This document shows, in pieces, positions 45,472 through 54,954 of a stretch of 61,688 nucleotides of DNA (the first letter of the stretch is position 1; the number at the start of each line of letters is the position of its first letter). The notes beneath the pieces were generated by a model. It searched no databases. It was given only the letters and a program-made list of their open reading frames with translations, and was not told the DNA's origin. Origin of the DNA: a virus (Duplodnaviria > Caudoviricetes); IMG/VR virus record IMGVR_UViG_3300012894_000058, positions 1 to 61,688 of that record; one strand, 5' to 3'. A program made the translations under genes and the position numbers.

Positions 45472-46404
45472 TTATAGTAGCGGCTCTGAACGCAGAATGG
45501 CAACGATCTCGACACGATTCACCAACTCAAGGGCACAGTTCCGCAGATCACCACTTCGACGGGGGGCGAGCTGCACCCCTCGGCTTTGGGCATGGAACTC
45601 GAAGATCGTGGGCATGCGGTCGCTGCTGAGGTAGTTCGACCATGCCAGAGCGAGGGCTGGCCTGCTGACGTAGGCGTTCATGGCAAGGCGGGTCAGCTCG
45701 TCGACGGCTGAGGCGGCCTGAGCATTCGTCGCCACGATCCGTTCTCTCAGCGTCTCGACCTTCCGCATGGAGGTGTAACCCCAGGCAGCGAGCATGGCGT
45801 CATACTCGGCTCGGTAGAGGCGCAGGGTGTGCTCTTCGATCCGGAGCACAGCCAACTCGGGCACGCGGATGGTCAGGCGCCGCGGGCCGCTGCTACTGCC
45901 GGTCATCTCCACGTCACTGCTGTGGCTGGGTAGAAGCGTCGAGCGGGTGGAGACGGCCTCCCAGTTGCGGTCTCCGTTGTTGAGTGCCCAGAGCGCCTCA
46001 CAGACTGCCTCGGCCCGCCAGCGAATCAGGTTACGGTCGTACTCTTGCTGCTGCTGCTCAGACTTAGGCAGGCGTCGACTCTCGGCGCGCACGCGCTGCT
46101 CTGCAAGGCGGGTGATCTGTGCCGGGGAGGTGTTCTTGGCTTCCAGGCGCTGGGCCCGGCCTGCTGCGTCGAGCTTCCGGCCTTCGCGCTGCTGCTGCTC
46201 ACGGAGGCTCTTGAGGTGCCGCATAACTTCGCGCCAAGTGTTCCAGTCGCCGGAGATTCGGGCCTCCCAGGCAATCTGGGCGATCTTCTGCCGGGCGGCC
46301 GTGATGCCCTTGAGACTAGGGTTAGCGCTCGTTCGCAGAAGCAGCGCGCTGACCCGCTGGGTGATGCTGTCTGGTGTGGAAGGCCGAGCGCGTGGTGTGG
46401 TCAT
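45472..46404 (-). CDS. Arg-rich protein, possible late-gene regulator
   Basis: 310 aa from MTTPRAR with GGAGG RBS; lambda Q-like position only. Confidence 0.6.
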   Translation of the reverse strand: MTTPRARPSTPDSITQRVSALLLRTSANPSLKGITAARQKIAQIAWEARISGDWNTWREVMRHLKSLREQQQREGRKLDAAGRAQRLEAKNTSPAQITRLAEQRVRAESRRLPKSEQQQQEYDRNLIRWRAEAVCEALWALNNGDRNWEAVSTRSTLLPSHSSDVEMTGSSSGPRRLTIRVPELAVLRIEEHTLRLYRAEYDAMLAAWGYTSMRKVETLRERIVATNAQAASAVDELTRLAMNAYVSRPALALAWSNYLSSDRMPTIFEFHAQSRGVQLAPRRSGDLRNCALELVNRVEIVAILRSEPLL

Positions 46405-46477
46405 GGGTCGGGCCTCCGGTACGAGGAGAAAAGGCATGTTTCGTCCGATGTGATTCCAAAGCAGATACTGTAGAGAA

Positions 46478-46867
46478 ATGAAAATGTTAGGGTTGTTGGC
46501 TATCAGCCTCGTGTTGTGCGGGTGCAGCGATACGATCACTGGTGTCGAGCATCTTCAGGTGGCACCAAACACTGTGAAGTGCGACTCCTATTATTCAGGC
46601 GCGGAAATGGGAAACTGCTTAGTGGTACGTCTTGAAGAGAAAAGCGGGTTTAGTCCCTGGTCTATCATTGGCGAATCTTCAATTGCTGGATTTGCTTATG
46701 AGCCAGGATATTTCTACGATCTCTCTATTAACACAAGTTGTAATCGGTTCGCTCTTGGAGAATTTCCTGAAGTCACGCGTAAACTTGGCAGTGTCAACAG
46801 TAAGACAGTGAGTACAGAGGAGTTTCAGCCATTTCGTGACAAGTACTATCTATATGGTTACTGCTGA
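46478..46867 (+). CDS. DUF4377-like lipoprotein (moron)
   Basis: Lipobox LCGC; VAP..V.C...CLVV...W...IAGFAYEPGYFY.L. Confidence 0.75.
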   Translation: MKMLGLLAISLVLCGCSDTITGVEHLQVAPNTVKCDSYYSGAEMGNCLVVRLEEKSGFSPWSIIGESSIAGFAYEPGYFYDLSINTSCNRFALGEFPEVTRKLGSVNSKTVSTEEFQPFRDKYYLYGYC

Positions 46868-46878
46868 GCAGTTCATGT

Positions 46879-47178
46879 CTAACCTTCTGGCCGGATGACG
46901 TCTGGCATCTCGTCGTGCCTTAGGTCGTTCTGGCTACCCCACCGTGTGTCAGCCAGCCCGAGATGCCGCATGTAGAACGGGTCGCTGAGCGGCAGGCAGC
47001 CGTACTGTTCCCTGATCAGCACCGCGTACTGGCGCTCGGCCTCCAGATGGGTGCAGTCCGCATCGATCCCGGAGGCGTCCACCCGGGCCAGCGCTTCAGC
47101 GGTCTGCCGCTGCTGATCCCGGGCGGTGCGACGCTGAGCCATGGCCCGCTGTGCCTGCTGGCGCTTTCGACGGCTCAT
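46879..47178 (-). CDS. Hypothetical protein
   Basis: 99 aa, ATGA overlap with rusA. Confidence 0.6.
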   Translation of the reverse strand: MSRRKRQQAQRAMAQRRTARDQQRQTAEALARVDASGIDADCTHLEAERQYAVLIREQYGCLPLSDPFYMRHLGLADTRWGSQNDLRHDEMPDVIRPEG

Positions 47179-47786
47179 GGCTCGAACAGCGTGGCGTCGA
47201 GCGCGGTGATGGTCACGGCTACTTGCCCGCCCTTGAGGACCGGCCCGCGCTGCACGGTGAGCCGGTCGATCAGGCTGTCATCTGCCCAGACGCCGGCATG
47301 CGTCAGGGCATCTTCGAGCGCCTTAGGGATGTTGCTGAGGTCACGGGCGCGGCGGTCTGGCGGGCTGACGTGCAGGTGCAGGGCAAGGCGGGAACCGGCA
47401 GGCGTGGTCGGGTTGCCAGCCTGCTCGACCTGGCGCATCACGCTGCGGCGGTATTCCCTTCCCTTCTCGCTGAGCAGCACGCGGACCTGCGGCTTACCCT
47501 TCACGGTCATGACGATGCTGCGCCAGATGCTGTTGAGGGAAGGCGGGTACGGCAGGGTCAAGCAGAGAGAGCCGGATGCAGGTGCGAACTTAAGAGAACG
47601 CATTGCTTGAGTTCGGGCAGGGATTTCGACGCTCTGTGAGAGGACAGGCCTGATCAGCAGAGGCACGCCCAGGAAGTCGGCCATCTCCGCTCGCCGGCCC
47701 TGATCCTGAATCGTGCCGAGGTACCGGCGGGCCGCGTCCTGGGTCGGCCAGCGGGAACGCCAGCGCTCGGAAGTCGGGGCGGTCAT
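47175..47786 (-). CDS. rusA: RusA Holliday junction resolvase
   Basis: LPYPPSLN, PDRRARDLSNIPKALEDAL..AGVWADDS. Confidence 0.9.
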   Translation of the reverse strand: MTAPTSERWRSRWPTQDAARRYLGTIQDQGRRAEMADFLGVPLLIRPVLSQSVEIPARTQAMRSLKFAPASGSLCLTLPYPPSLNSIWRSIVMTVKGKPQVRVLLSEKGREYRRSVMRQVEQAGNPTTPAGSRLALHLHVSPPDRRARDLSNIPKALEDALTHAGVWADDSLIDRLTVQRGPVLKGGQVAVTITALDATLFEP

Positions 47787-47986
47787 CTGGTCCTGCCCCT
47801 GATCGAGTCCAGGCCTAAGCTGCTCAGGCGGCCATCCTGATGCACCATGATCATCTGGCGCCCTTCCGCTGGCGGCAGCTTGCCGAGGTCAATCTCGATC
47901 CGGCGCTCGCGCCGTGCATTCACGGCGGCCGGGCAACCGCACACCCCGACACGCGGGCTGGGCCGCCCGCAGTGGCGGCAGGTCAC
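47783..47986 (-). CDS. Small Cys-containing protein
   Basis: CRHC...CGC; overlaps on both sides. Confidence 0.55.
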   Translation of the reverse strand: MTCRHCGRPSPRVGVCGCPAAVNARRERRIEIDLGKLPPAEGRQMIMVHQDGRLSSLGLDSIRGRTR

Positions 47987-48822
47987 TTCCCGTGCTCCTT
48001 GATGAAGTTCAGGACAGCCTTCTTCGGGTAGCTGGCACTCTCACCGACAGCCAGCACGATGCCCCGCTTTACGTCCATGATCTGCACGAACATGACCGGG
48101 TTTCCGCTCGGGTCCGGCCGAGCAATGAGCTGTATCTGCTGGTCGTCCGGCAGACTTTTAGCCTTGTCTGCAAACCAATCAGTCCAGCCCCCGCGCCCGT
48201 TGCTTTTGGCGTCCAGCATGCCTTCCTGCTGATGCATTTTCTGACGCATCATCCGTTCGTGCGTCCCGGTGCTGACGTTCTCGGCCAGCGTGGCCGCGCG
48301 CTGCGCTCCAGTCAGGGCGGCATACGGCACCTCGGCTCCGGTGTCCGGGTGCATCACCGTGGCGTGCAGATCGATGGCTTGTGCCACCTCGGCCGCCGCC
48401 TTGACCTGCGAGGTCGTGGGGCGCTCGCTGCCGGTGGCCGTCTTCAGGTACTGAGCCACGGCCTGCTGCATCTCGGGTTCAAGGGCCTGCACGATCTTCG
48501 CCGTGCCCTTCAGCTCCCGCGCCTCACGCTCGGTGCTGACTTCCAGCCCGACCGCGCCGAGCTTCTGTGCCACGTCGGCCCCACCAATCAGCTGCTGAGC
48601 ACGCTGGCGGGAGAAGCCCCAGACGCGCTCGGTGTAATCACCGAAGGTCTTGTCGCTCGCGCGGTACAGCCGGTTGTCGCGTATCTCAGTCAGGGCCTCG
48701 CCTACCGCAGCGAAAGTGCTGATACCGGCCCGGATGGTGGTTTCGAGATCTCGGAGGCGGGCGGCTTCCATCTGGTTCAGCGTGTCAACCACTGGTTGAC
48801 GTTCTGCAACGGCGTTCGTCAT
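47983..48822 (-). CDS. Phage protein with N-terminal HTH-like region
   Basis: VGEALTEIRDNRLYR...TFGDYTERVWGFSRQRAQQLI. Confidence 0.7.
   Translation of the reverse strand: MTNAVAERQPVVDTLNQMEAARLRDLETTIRAGISTFAAVGEALTEIRDNRLYRASDKTFGDYTERVWGFSRQRAQQLIGGADVAQKLGAVGLEVSTEREARELKGTAKIVQALEPEMQQAVAQYLKTATGSERPTTSQVKAAAEVAQAIDLHATVMHPDTGAEVPYAALTGAQRAATLAENVSTGTHERMMRQKMHQQEGMLDAKSNGRGGWTDWFADKAKSLPDDQQIQLIARPDPSGNPVMFVQIMDVKRGIVLAVGESASYPKKAVLNFIKEHGK
48784..48800. promoter_or_regulatory. 17-bp palindrome, copy 5 (intragenic, about 22 nt into gene)
   Basis: GTCAACCACTGGTTGAC. Confidence 0.65.
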
Positions 48823-48862
48823 GGGTGTTCCTTCCAGGGAGGGGTGAGTCTCCCTGAGATGG

Positions 48863-50053
48863 TCAGATGTTCAGCAGCGGTACGTGCCCAGCGTCGATCA
48901 GCTCGCTGCGCAGGAAGAAGGTGTCGCCAGTCGTCTCGCTCCCGTCCCAGCGATCCGGCCAGGTCTTCAGGTCGATCAGTTCCAGAATCCGGGCCTCTTC
49001 CTCAACGCTGATCAGTTCCAGTGCCGGGAGGTGAGCGGGCCGCTGGGCGTTGCATTCGGCCTGAAGTGTCAGCACCTTGTCGAGCATCCGCAGCCGCGTC
49101 TCGAAGGTCATCGGCCCGAGCCGGTCGCCGCGCCCGATCAAGCCGCCGTCCTTCTTCCGCTCGTTGTGCTTGCGCAGCCGATTGCCCGGTGAGCGCATCT
49201 CTTCCCAAAACGCTCGCAGGCCCAGCAGCGGGGTGAGCCACGCCCACTCGGGCAGCTGAATCACCACTTCCAACCCCTTGTCCCGGCTGGCCACTGGGCA
49301 GCCGATACAGCCAGTCCGGGCCGCAATCTCGGTCGCCTCATCGCCACCGTAGATGTCCACCACCGGCAGCGTCGGGTAGCCGTGGGCATACCCCACGTCC
49401 TGGTTGGTGAGCCAGTCGAAGACGTTGCAGACCCGCCAGTGCACCAGCGGGGCCAGCATGTCGCCCAGGCCGGACTTGATGTCGTTCTGGAAGTAGCCCT
49501 GCCCGCACTCGCTGCCGTCGCGCGAGCAGCTCACGGCGATGCGCTGGTCTCTGGCCTCGCTTTCGCCGATCCGCACGCCGGTGAAGATCAGCAGCCGACC
49601 GTGGCGGGCGTGCAAGGCCTCCATGGCCTCCTGCATCGGGTCGAGCTTCATGATTCCGGTGCACCAGCGGAATCGGGCGCCGGGAGGGGGCACACCCCGG
49701 CCGAGCATGTAGACCCAGTAGCGCTTGTCGAGCGGGGGGAGCACCACATTGGCGTCTACACCCAGGGCCTTGAGGTGATCGAGCTGCTGCATGGCCGCAA
49801 GGTGCAGCGGGGGCAGTTCCATGCGGGTATCGGCGTACATGGCCGTCAAGGTCTTTGGCTTCGGTACCCGGCCGGTCTGGATGAGCCAGTGCAGCAGGGT
49901 CAGGGTGGCGGTGCTGTCCTTGCCGCCGGAGAAGGTCACGACCCAGTGGTCGGAGCGGTCGGCGTAGGCGTTCACGGCCTCGGCTGTGAGGTCAATGGCG
50001 CGGGCCAGGTCCTGGCGGCCCTCGTCGAACAGGGAGAGCTGAGAGGCGCTCAC
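48863..50053 (-). CDS. PAPS reductase family protein (DndC-like)
   Basis: FSGGKDS PP-loop, ADT.ME, RWCT..MK..P, GVR.GES..R, RTGCIGCP. Confidence 0.85.
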   Translation of the reverse strand: MSASQLSLFDEGRQDLARAIDLTAEAVNAYADRSDHWVVTFSGGKDSTATLTLLHWLIQTGRVPKPKTLTAMYADTRMELPPLHLAAMQQLDHLKALGVDANVVLPPLDKRYWVYMLGRGVPPPGARFRWCTGIMKLDPMQEAMEALHARHGRLLIFTGVRIGESEARDQRIAVSCSRDGSECGQGYFQNDIKSGLGDMLAPLVHWRVCNVFDWLTNQDVGYAHGYPTLPVVDIYGGDEATEIAARTGCIGCPVASRDKGLEVVIQLPEWAWLTPLLGLRAFWEEMRSPGNRLRKHNERKKDGGLIGRGDRLGPMTFETRLRMLDKVLTLQAECNAQRPAHLPALELISVEEEARILELIDLKTWPDRWDGSETTGDTFFLRSELIDAGHVPLLNI

Positions 50054-50883
50054 GCCTTAAGCTCCCAGCCGTACGTGCTGAGGTCTTCGACCAGACGGTC
50101 ACTGGCCCGCAGGCTCTGGCGGAACACGGCCGTGCGGGCTTCCGCGTCGAACTCGGCGGCCTGCCAGGTGGTGGTGCTCTCGTGCATCACGCCACCGAAG
50201 CCGGGCGACTGGCGGACCATGTGTACGGTGGGATCGTTCGGCGCTTCCGGGTGCGCCTCGGCATGGCGGTGATACTCGCGGGTCTCGGTGACGCTGGTGC
50301 CGGGCCGCTCACCCTGCTTCCGCACTTCCAGAATCAGGGTGTACTCCCAGGGGGCGGGCGCCTCGCCAGCGTTCTCTGTCCGGACGTCGTCTGAAACGAA
50401 GAGGTTGCCCTGGCCTTCAAGCTGGGCATCCTCGGCCCGGTTGCTGGCCACCTCGCTCTGGATCGACTCTTCGAGCGTCTGCTGCTCGTCGGCGGTGCAC
50501 TCCAGGCAGTTGCTGGCCTTCATCAGCAGCTCGATGCCCAGGCCACGCTCTTCGAGGTCATCGGTCAGTACCCGCACAGTGACCACGACTTCGCCCTCGT
50601 CACTGATCGTGATGTTGCCGCGCAGATCAACGCCGAAGATCACCGGATCGAGAGGCGTGCCATCGAGCATCGGCGTGACTTCCAGCTTCACGCCCGTCGC
50701 CTTCACGGCACTCTGGAGAAGCCGCAGGTGTTCCAGCTCGAACTTCCGCTCCGGCCGCGCGCCGGACATGAACGCCGCCTTGACGTCGGCCACGGTGCCG
50801 AGGTCTTTGATCTTCTTGATGCCGATAGAGATGACCTTGATTGCGAAGATGCCGTAGGTGTGCAGGGGGATGATCTGGGTCAT
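50050..50883 (-). CDS. Hypothetical protein
   Basis: 277 aa, AAGGAG RBS. Confidence 0.7.
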   Translation of the reverse strand: MTQIIPLHTYGIFAIKVISIGIKKIKDLGTVADVKAAFMSGARPERKFELEHLRLLQSAVKATGVKLEVTPMLDGTPLDPVIFGVDLRGNITISDEGEVVVTVRVLTDDLEERGLGIELLMKASNCLECTADEQQTLEESIQSEVASNRAEDAQLEGQGNLFVSDDVRTENAGEAPAPWEYTLILEVRKQGERPGTSVTETREYHRHAEAHPEAPNDPTVHMVRQSPGFGGVMHESTTTWQAAEFDAEARTAVFRQSLRASDRLVEDLSTYGWELKA

Positions 50884-50894
50884 GGTGGTCTCCT

Positions 50895-52244
50895 TTAGTC
50901 GGCGGCGCTCTGGCCGTAGAACTCGGCAGCGAGGTTCTGAAAGCGCACGAAGGCGCTGTGGAATTGGACCTTGACCGTCCCGAGCGGGCCGTTGCGCTGC
51001 TTGCCAACGATCAGCTCGGCGATGCCCTGCTGGTCGGTGTGCGGGTTGTAGTACTCGTCGCGGTAGATGAAGAACACCACGTCGGCGTCCTGCTCGACGC
51101 TGCCCGACTCGCGCAGGTCGCTGAGCATCGGGCGGTGGTTGGGGCGTTGCTCGACGGCCCGGCTGAGCTGCGAAAGGGCCAGCACCGGAATCTGTAACTC
51201 CATCGCCAGGGCCTTCAGCGCCGTGGTGATCGCTGTAACGCGCTGCACCGGGTTGTCCCCGGCCCGGCCGTTGATCTGTACCAGCTGCAGGTAGTCGAGG
51301 ATGAACAGCTTGAGCGGCGCACGTTCGTGCTCGGCGCGCACCTCGTCGATCAGTTCCTGCAGCTTCAGGGCGGGTTTGGGCAGGATGTCGAAGTCGGTCA
51401 GGGCCAGCTTGCTCTGGGCGTACGTCAGCCGCTCGTGGGCGCGGCCGTTCAGGGCCGTGCGGTCGCCGCGCCGGGCCTGACTCAGGCTCTTGAGATCCAC
51501 CCGCGCTTCGCTCGCCAGGACGCGGGCGGCGATCTCCTGCGCGCCCATCTCCAGGCTGAAGCCCAGCACGCGCCCGGTGGTCAGGGCGACGTGCGCGCCG
51601 AACTGGAAGGCGAGGCCGCTCTTCCCCATCGCGGGCCGGGCAGCCAGCACGTACAGGCGGCCTGGTTCCAGCCCGCCGGTCAGCTCATCGAAGTCACCCA
51701 GGCCGGTCGGGACACCCTGAGGCCCGGTACCGGACTCGGCCTGTGCCAGTACCTCGGCAATGCTGTCGGCCACCGAGACCGTGCGCTTCAAGCCCAGATC
51801 AAGGGCAGGCGGCTGAGTAGTCAAGGCGGCGAGATCTTCGAGCGCCAGGTCCTGGTCGTAGGCGTGCACCATCAGGCCGCTGTGCCAGCGGATCGTCCGG
51901 CGCAGGTAGGCTTTCTCGCTCACCACCTGGGCGTAGTGCTCGGCGTGTGCCGAGGTCGGCACCTGGTCACCCAGGCCGATCAGGTAGCTCAAGCCACCGG
52001 CCTCGTCGAGCTGACCGCTGCGGTTAAGTTCCTCGGTGATCAGGGTCAGGTCGGTCGGGGCGCCACTCGCCCGCAGGCTTAAGGCGGCTCGCCAGATGTG
52101 CCGGTGCTTCTCGAAGTAGAAATCCTCCGGGGTCAGCTTGCCGATGGCGGGGCGGGTCAGAGCGTCCGGGTCGAGCAGGATGCTGCCGAGCACGGCGATC
52201 TCTGCGCCCTCGCTGTGGGGTAACACGCGCGGTACGTTATCCAT
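50895..52244 (-). CDS. dnaB: Replicative DNA helicase
   Basis: AARPAMGKS, SLEM, DYLQL, LSQLSR, SDLRESGSVEQDAD, KQRNG. Confidence 0.95.
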   Translation of the reverse strand: MDNVPRVLPHSEGAEIAVLGSILLDPDALTRPAIGKLTPEDFYFEKHRHIWRAALSLRASGAPTDLTLITEELNRSGQLDEAGGLSYLIGLGDQVPTSAHAEHYAQVVSEKAYLRRTIRWHSGLMVHAYDQDLALEDLAALTTQPPALDLGLKRTVSVADSIAEVLAQAESGTGPQGVPTGLGDFDELTGGLEPGRLYVLAARPAMGKSGLAFQFGAHVALTTGRVLGFSLEMGAQEIAARVLASEARVDLKSLSQARRGDRTALNGRAHERLTYAQSKLALTDFDILPKPALKLQELIDEVRAEHERAPLKLFILDYLQLVQINGRAGDNPVQRVTAITTALKALAMELQIPVLALSQLSRAVEQRPNHRPMLSDLRESGSVEQDADVVFFIYRDEYYNPHTDQQGIAELIVGKQRNGPLGTVKVQFHSAFVRFQNLAAEFYGQSAAD

Positions 52245-53289
52245 GATTGGCCTCCAGGGCCCAGCGGGCCACGAGCCGGTCGCCGAGGTCGGTGGGTGCG
52301 CCGACTTCTTCGAAGTACACGATCCCGAACTCGACCACCTCGACGGTCCAGATGCGGCCGTCAGGGGCAACACGGCGCTGTCCAGGTGCTACGGCGGGTT
52401 CACCAAACGTCGCGGCCACCTGCTGCTGCACGACCTGGGCCGCCTGCGCTTTCTGCATCCGGGCCTTCAGGCCACCCCAGGGGTGGGCGAAGCTGCCGGA
52501 CTCCACGATGTCGGCAGCAGCGGCTTTCAACGTCTCCCCCAGCCCGGCGTCAATCCAGCCGTGCCAGACGGCAATCTGCGCTTCCTGACTGACCTGAGCC
52601 AGTCGGTTGAGCTTGATCCACTGCACCCAGGTCGGCGTGAGGCCGGCCGCCTCAATGGCGCTGAGCGCGGCGCGGTGCGGCGTGGCGGGCGGCGGAACTT
52701 TTTCAGAGCCTGTCACGTTGACGTTCCCTCCGTCCTGGTGCGTGTTTTCCAAAACATCCTGAGAGGCAGCCGCCTGTCTGGCCTCGCCAGAGGCCGCGCC
52801 GTCAGGCGAGGTGTTCGGTGTTCGAAGTTCGGTGTTCGAAGGTTCAACACCAACATCGGTTGCCCGAAGATCGGAGGTGCTGGCCCGGCCTGCGCTGGTG
52901 GTGTTGGTGGAAGAAACATCTTTTATTTCAATAGGAATAAAAGATGTTTCTTGTCCGGACACTTTGTCCTGAGGGGTCCGGACAATCTGTCCGGAGGGGG
53001 GGGTCCGGACAGTCCGCCTGGCTTCGGTGGCCAGCAGCTGAATTTCGCACTTGTCTTTACCCCCGTCGGCCCGCTTCTGCTGGGTTCTGGAGATGAAGCC
53101 CAGCGTTTCGAGGCGGTCGAGGTGACGGCGAAGGGTCCGGGGGTCACAGCCCGCGTCGGCGGCCAGGACTTCCTGATACTCGGCGACCAGGCCGTCGCCG
53201 TTGGCGTACTCGGCCAGAGCGAGCAGGGTGCTCTTGTAGATGTGACTGACGGGCTGATTGAACGCCCAAGCGAGGGCACGGCTGCTCAT
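52237..53289 (-). CDS. Replication initiator with N-terminal winged HTH
   Basis: TLLALAEYAN...LAADAGCDPRTLRRHLDRLETLGFI; internal iterons; upstream of dnaB. Confidence 0.85.
   Translation of the reverse strand: MSSRALAWAFNQPVSHIYKSTLLALAEYANGDGLVAEYQEVLAADAGCDPRTLRRHLDRLETLGFISRTQQKRADGGKDKCEIQLLATEARRTVRTPPSGQIVRTPQDKVSGQETSFIPIEIKDVSSTNTTSAGRASTSDLRATDVGVEPSNTELRTPNTSPDGAASGEARQAAASQDVLENTHQDGGNVNVTGSEKVPPPATPHRAALSAIEAAGLTPTWVQWIKLNRLAQVSQEAQIAVWHGWIDAGLGETLKAAAADIVESGSFAHPWGGLKARMQKAQAAQVVQQQVAATFGEPAVAPGQRRVAPDGRIWTVEVVEFGIVYFEEVGAPTDLGDRLVARWALEANHG
52911..53011. repeat. Probable phage replication origin
   Basis: AT-rich 17-bp inverted repeat (52911-52952) plus four GTCCGGA(CA) iterons. 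Confidence 0.7.
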
Positions 53290-53453
53290 CGCAAACCCTT
53301 TCGGACGGTACAGGCGGCGCGCTGCCCGTAGCTCATGGCGAGGCCGCGCAGCATGGCCTCACGCGCTGAAGGGCCGAGTGCCTTCAGGTCTGCGATCCAG
53401 GCCCGCCTCAGGGCCAGGGGGAAGGGTCGGCCGACGGGAGTTGTGACGGTCAT
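53286..53453 (-). CDS. Small hypothetical protein
   Basis: 55 aa, ATGA overlaps. Confidence 0.5.
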   Translation of the reverse strand: MTVTTPVGRPFPLALRRAWIADLKALGPSAREAMLRGLAMSYGQRAACTVRKGLR

Positions 53454-53719
53454 GCGCGCACCCACCCAGGCCGCCCGGCGAGCAGCGCGCCGCAACTGCA
53501 GTCAGGCGTCGAGATTGGGAGCGCCAGCGTGCCGTGCGCCATCACGCAGGGCACGGGCAGCTTCGTCTTGACGTTGTAACCGGGCTCCAACTTCGGGTCA
53601 TGCGCGCTCCAACCGAGGATGCACTCAATCTCGTTGGGGTACTGACCTGGCGTGCCGTTGGCGCAGGTGCCGCAGACCTGCCCGGTCAGGGCAGGGAGGT
53701 CACTCTTGGGCACAGGCAT
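53450..53719 (-). CDS. Small Cys-rich protein
   Basis: CGTC...; coupled to bet stop. Confidence 0.55.
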   Translation of the reverse strand: MPVPKSDLPALTGQVCGTCANGTPGQYPNEIECILGWSAHDPKLEPGYNVKTKLPVPCVMAHGTLALPISTPDCSCGALLAGRPGWVRA

Positions 53720-54954
53720 CAGAACGGCAATCTCTGTTCCTGCCACATCTGGAACTTGGCGAGTTGGTCGGCGACCTCTTCGTCCGCCCAGCCGTTGATC
53801 GTGTTCGTCAGGAAGCTGGCCTGATCCTCGCTGAGATCCTTGGTGCTCGCCAGCTGCTCAGGCAGCGTTAGCATCCAGGTGGCGAAGTCGTGACGCTGCT
53901 CTGGAGTCTTCAGGCCGAGCTTGTTCCCGTACGCCGTCTGGAGTGCCTTCAAACCCTCAGGGCTGAGCACCAGCGTCGCTTCGACCGGCTCGTCGATGTC
54001 GAGCGGCAGGGTAGCTGCATTGGGCAAGTCATCTTCCTGAGCAGTGCGGGCGGCCATGTCTTCGGCGTGCTGCTCACCGATCCGCTTCATGCCCTCGTAG
54101 ACCGCCTGAGCGTCGCCAAGGTCAGTCTTCCAGTGCGGGTGCTGGCGCATGACCATTACGGCCTTCTCGCGCAGACCCAGCTCAGTCAGACGGGCGCCGA
54201 CCTTGCCGATCTTCTCTTCCCAGGCGATCAGGGCCGGAGAGCGGGCGGGCGTGACCTGCTGAGGTTCGACACCAGCTGCCTGGGCCACCTCGCGCGTCAC
54301 GTCCACCGTGCGAGCCTGCTGGGCAGGGGCAGCCTCCGTAGCTGGATTGTCAGCCTGCTGCATTTCGACGTCGCTATACACGCCAGACAACTCGGCCGGG
54401 AACGCCTTGCGCAGGGCCAACGCCTCGCTGCACTTGCCCAGCATGGTGTGCGGCATCTTTGCCCACATGTCGCTGACGATCTGCTTGCCGGTCGCCGAGC
54501 CACCCTGATACTCGGCCTTCGTCTGCACGTATTCGGCCCAGCGGGCGGTCGCCGGAAACTCGACCATCTGACCGTGTACCAGCTTTCGTACGATCACCCG
54601 GGCGAACTCCGGGTAGCCGTCTTTCAGCGGGCCGAACTCTGGGTCGGTGGTGCCCATATGCACACCGGAACGGGCGGCGATCAGACGGTACCCGTCGATG
54701 CCCGTCTGAATGACCATCTTCGAGGTCTCAACCCACTGGTTGCCCTGCTTCGTCTTGCCCTTGCGCACCACGGCGTAGACCTGACGCTGGAAGGGGTTGA
54801 GCCCGGTGCTGCGGCAGACTTCCAGGAAGAGGGCCAGTTCGAGGTCGGAAGTGCCGACAGCAACGGTGTTCTTGATCAGATCGATCTGATCGGTGCTGAA
54901 CCCGGCCGGCTGGGCCAGTGGCAGGTTCTGGGAACGTTCGGCAAGTTGGGTCAC
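53719..54954 (-). CDS. bet: Single-strand annealing recombinase (Bet/RecT family)
   Basis: GLNPFQRQVY, QTGIDGYRLIA, W.KMPHTML.KCSEALALRKAFP. Confidence 0.9.
   Translation of the reverse strand: MTQLAERSQNLPLAQPAGFSTDQIDLIKNTVAVGTSDLELALFLEVCRSTGLNPFQRQVYAVVRKGKTKQGNQWVETSKMVIQTGIDGYRLIAARSGVHMGTTDPEFGPLKDGYPEFARVIVRKLVHGQMVEFPATARWAEYVQTKAEYQGGSATGKQIVSDMWAKMPHTMLGKCSEALALRKAFPAELSGVYSDVEMQQADNPATEAAPAQQARTVDVTREVAQAAGVEPQQVTPARSPALIAWEEKIGKVGARLTELGLREKAVMVMRQHPHWKTDLGDAQAVYEGMKRIGEQHAEDMAARTAQEDDLPNAATLPLDIDEPVEATLVLSPEGLKALQTAYGNKLGLKTPEQRHDFATWMLTLPEQLASTKDLSEDQASFLTNTINGWADEEVADQLAKFQMWQEQRLPF

Noticed and set aside
48863-50883. Complete Dnd/Ssp phosphorothioation system
   Set aside because: Partner genes not recognisable
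53719-54954. Bet without a neighbouring exonuclease or SSB
   Set aside because: Common in temperate phages; host enzymes can substitute
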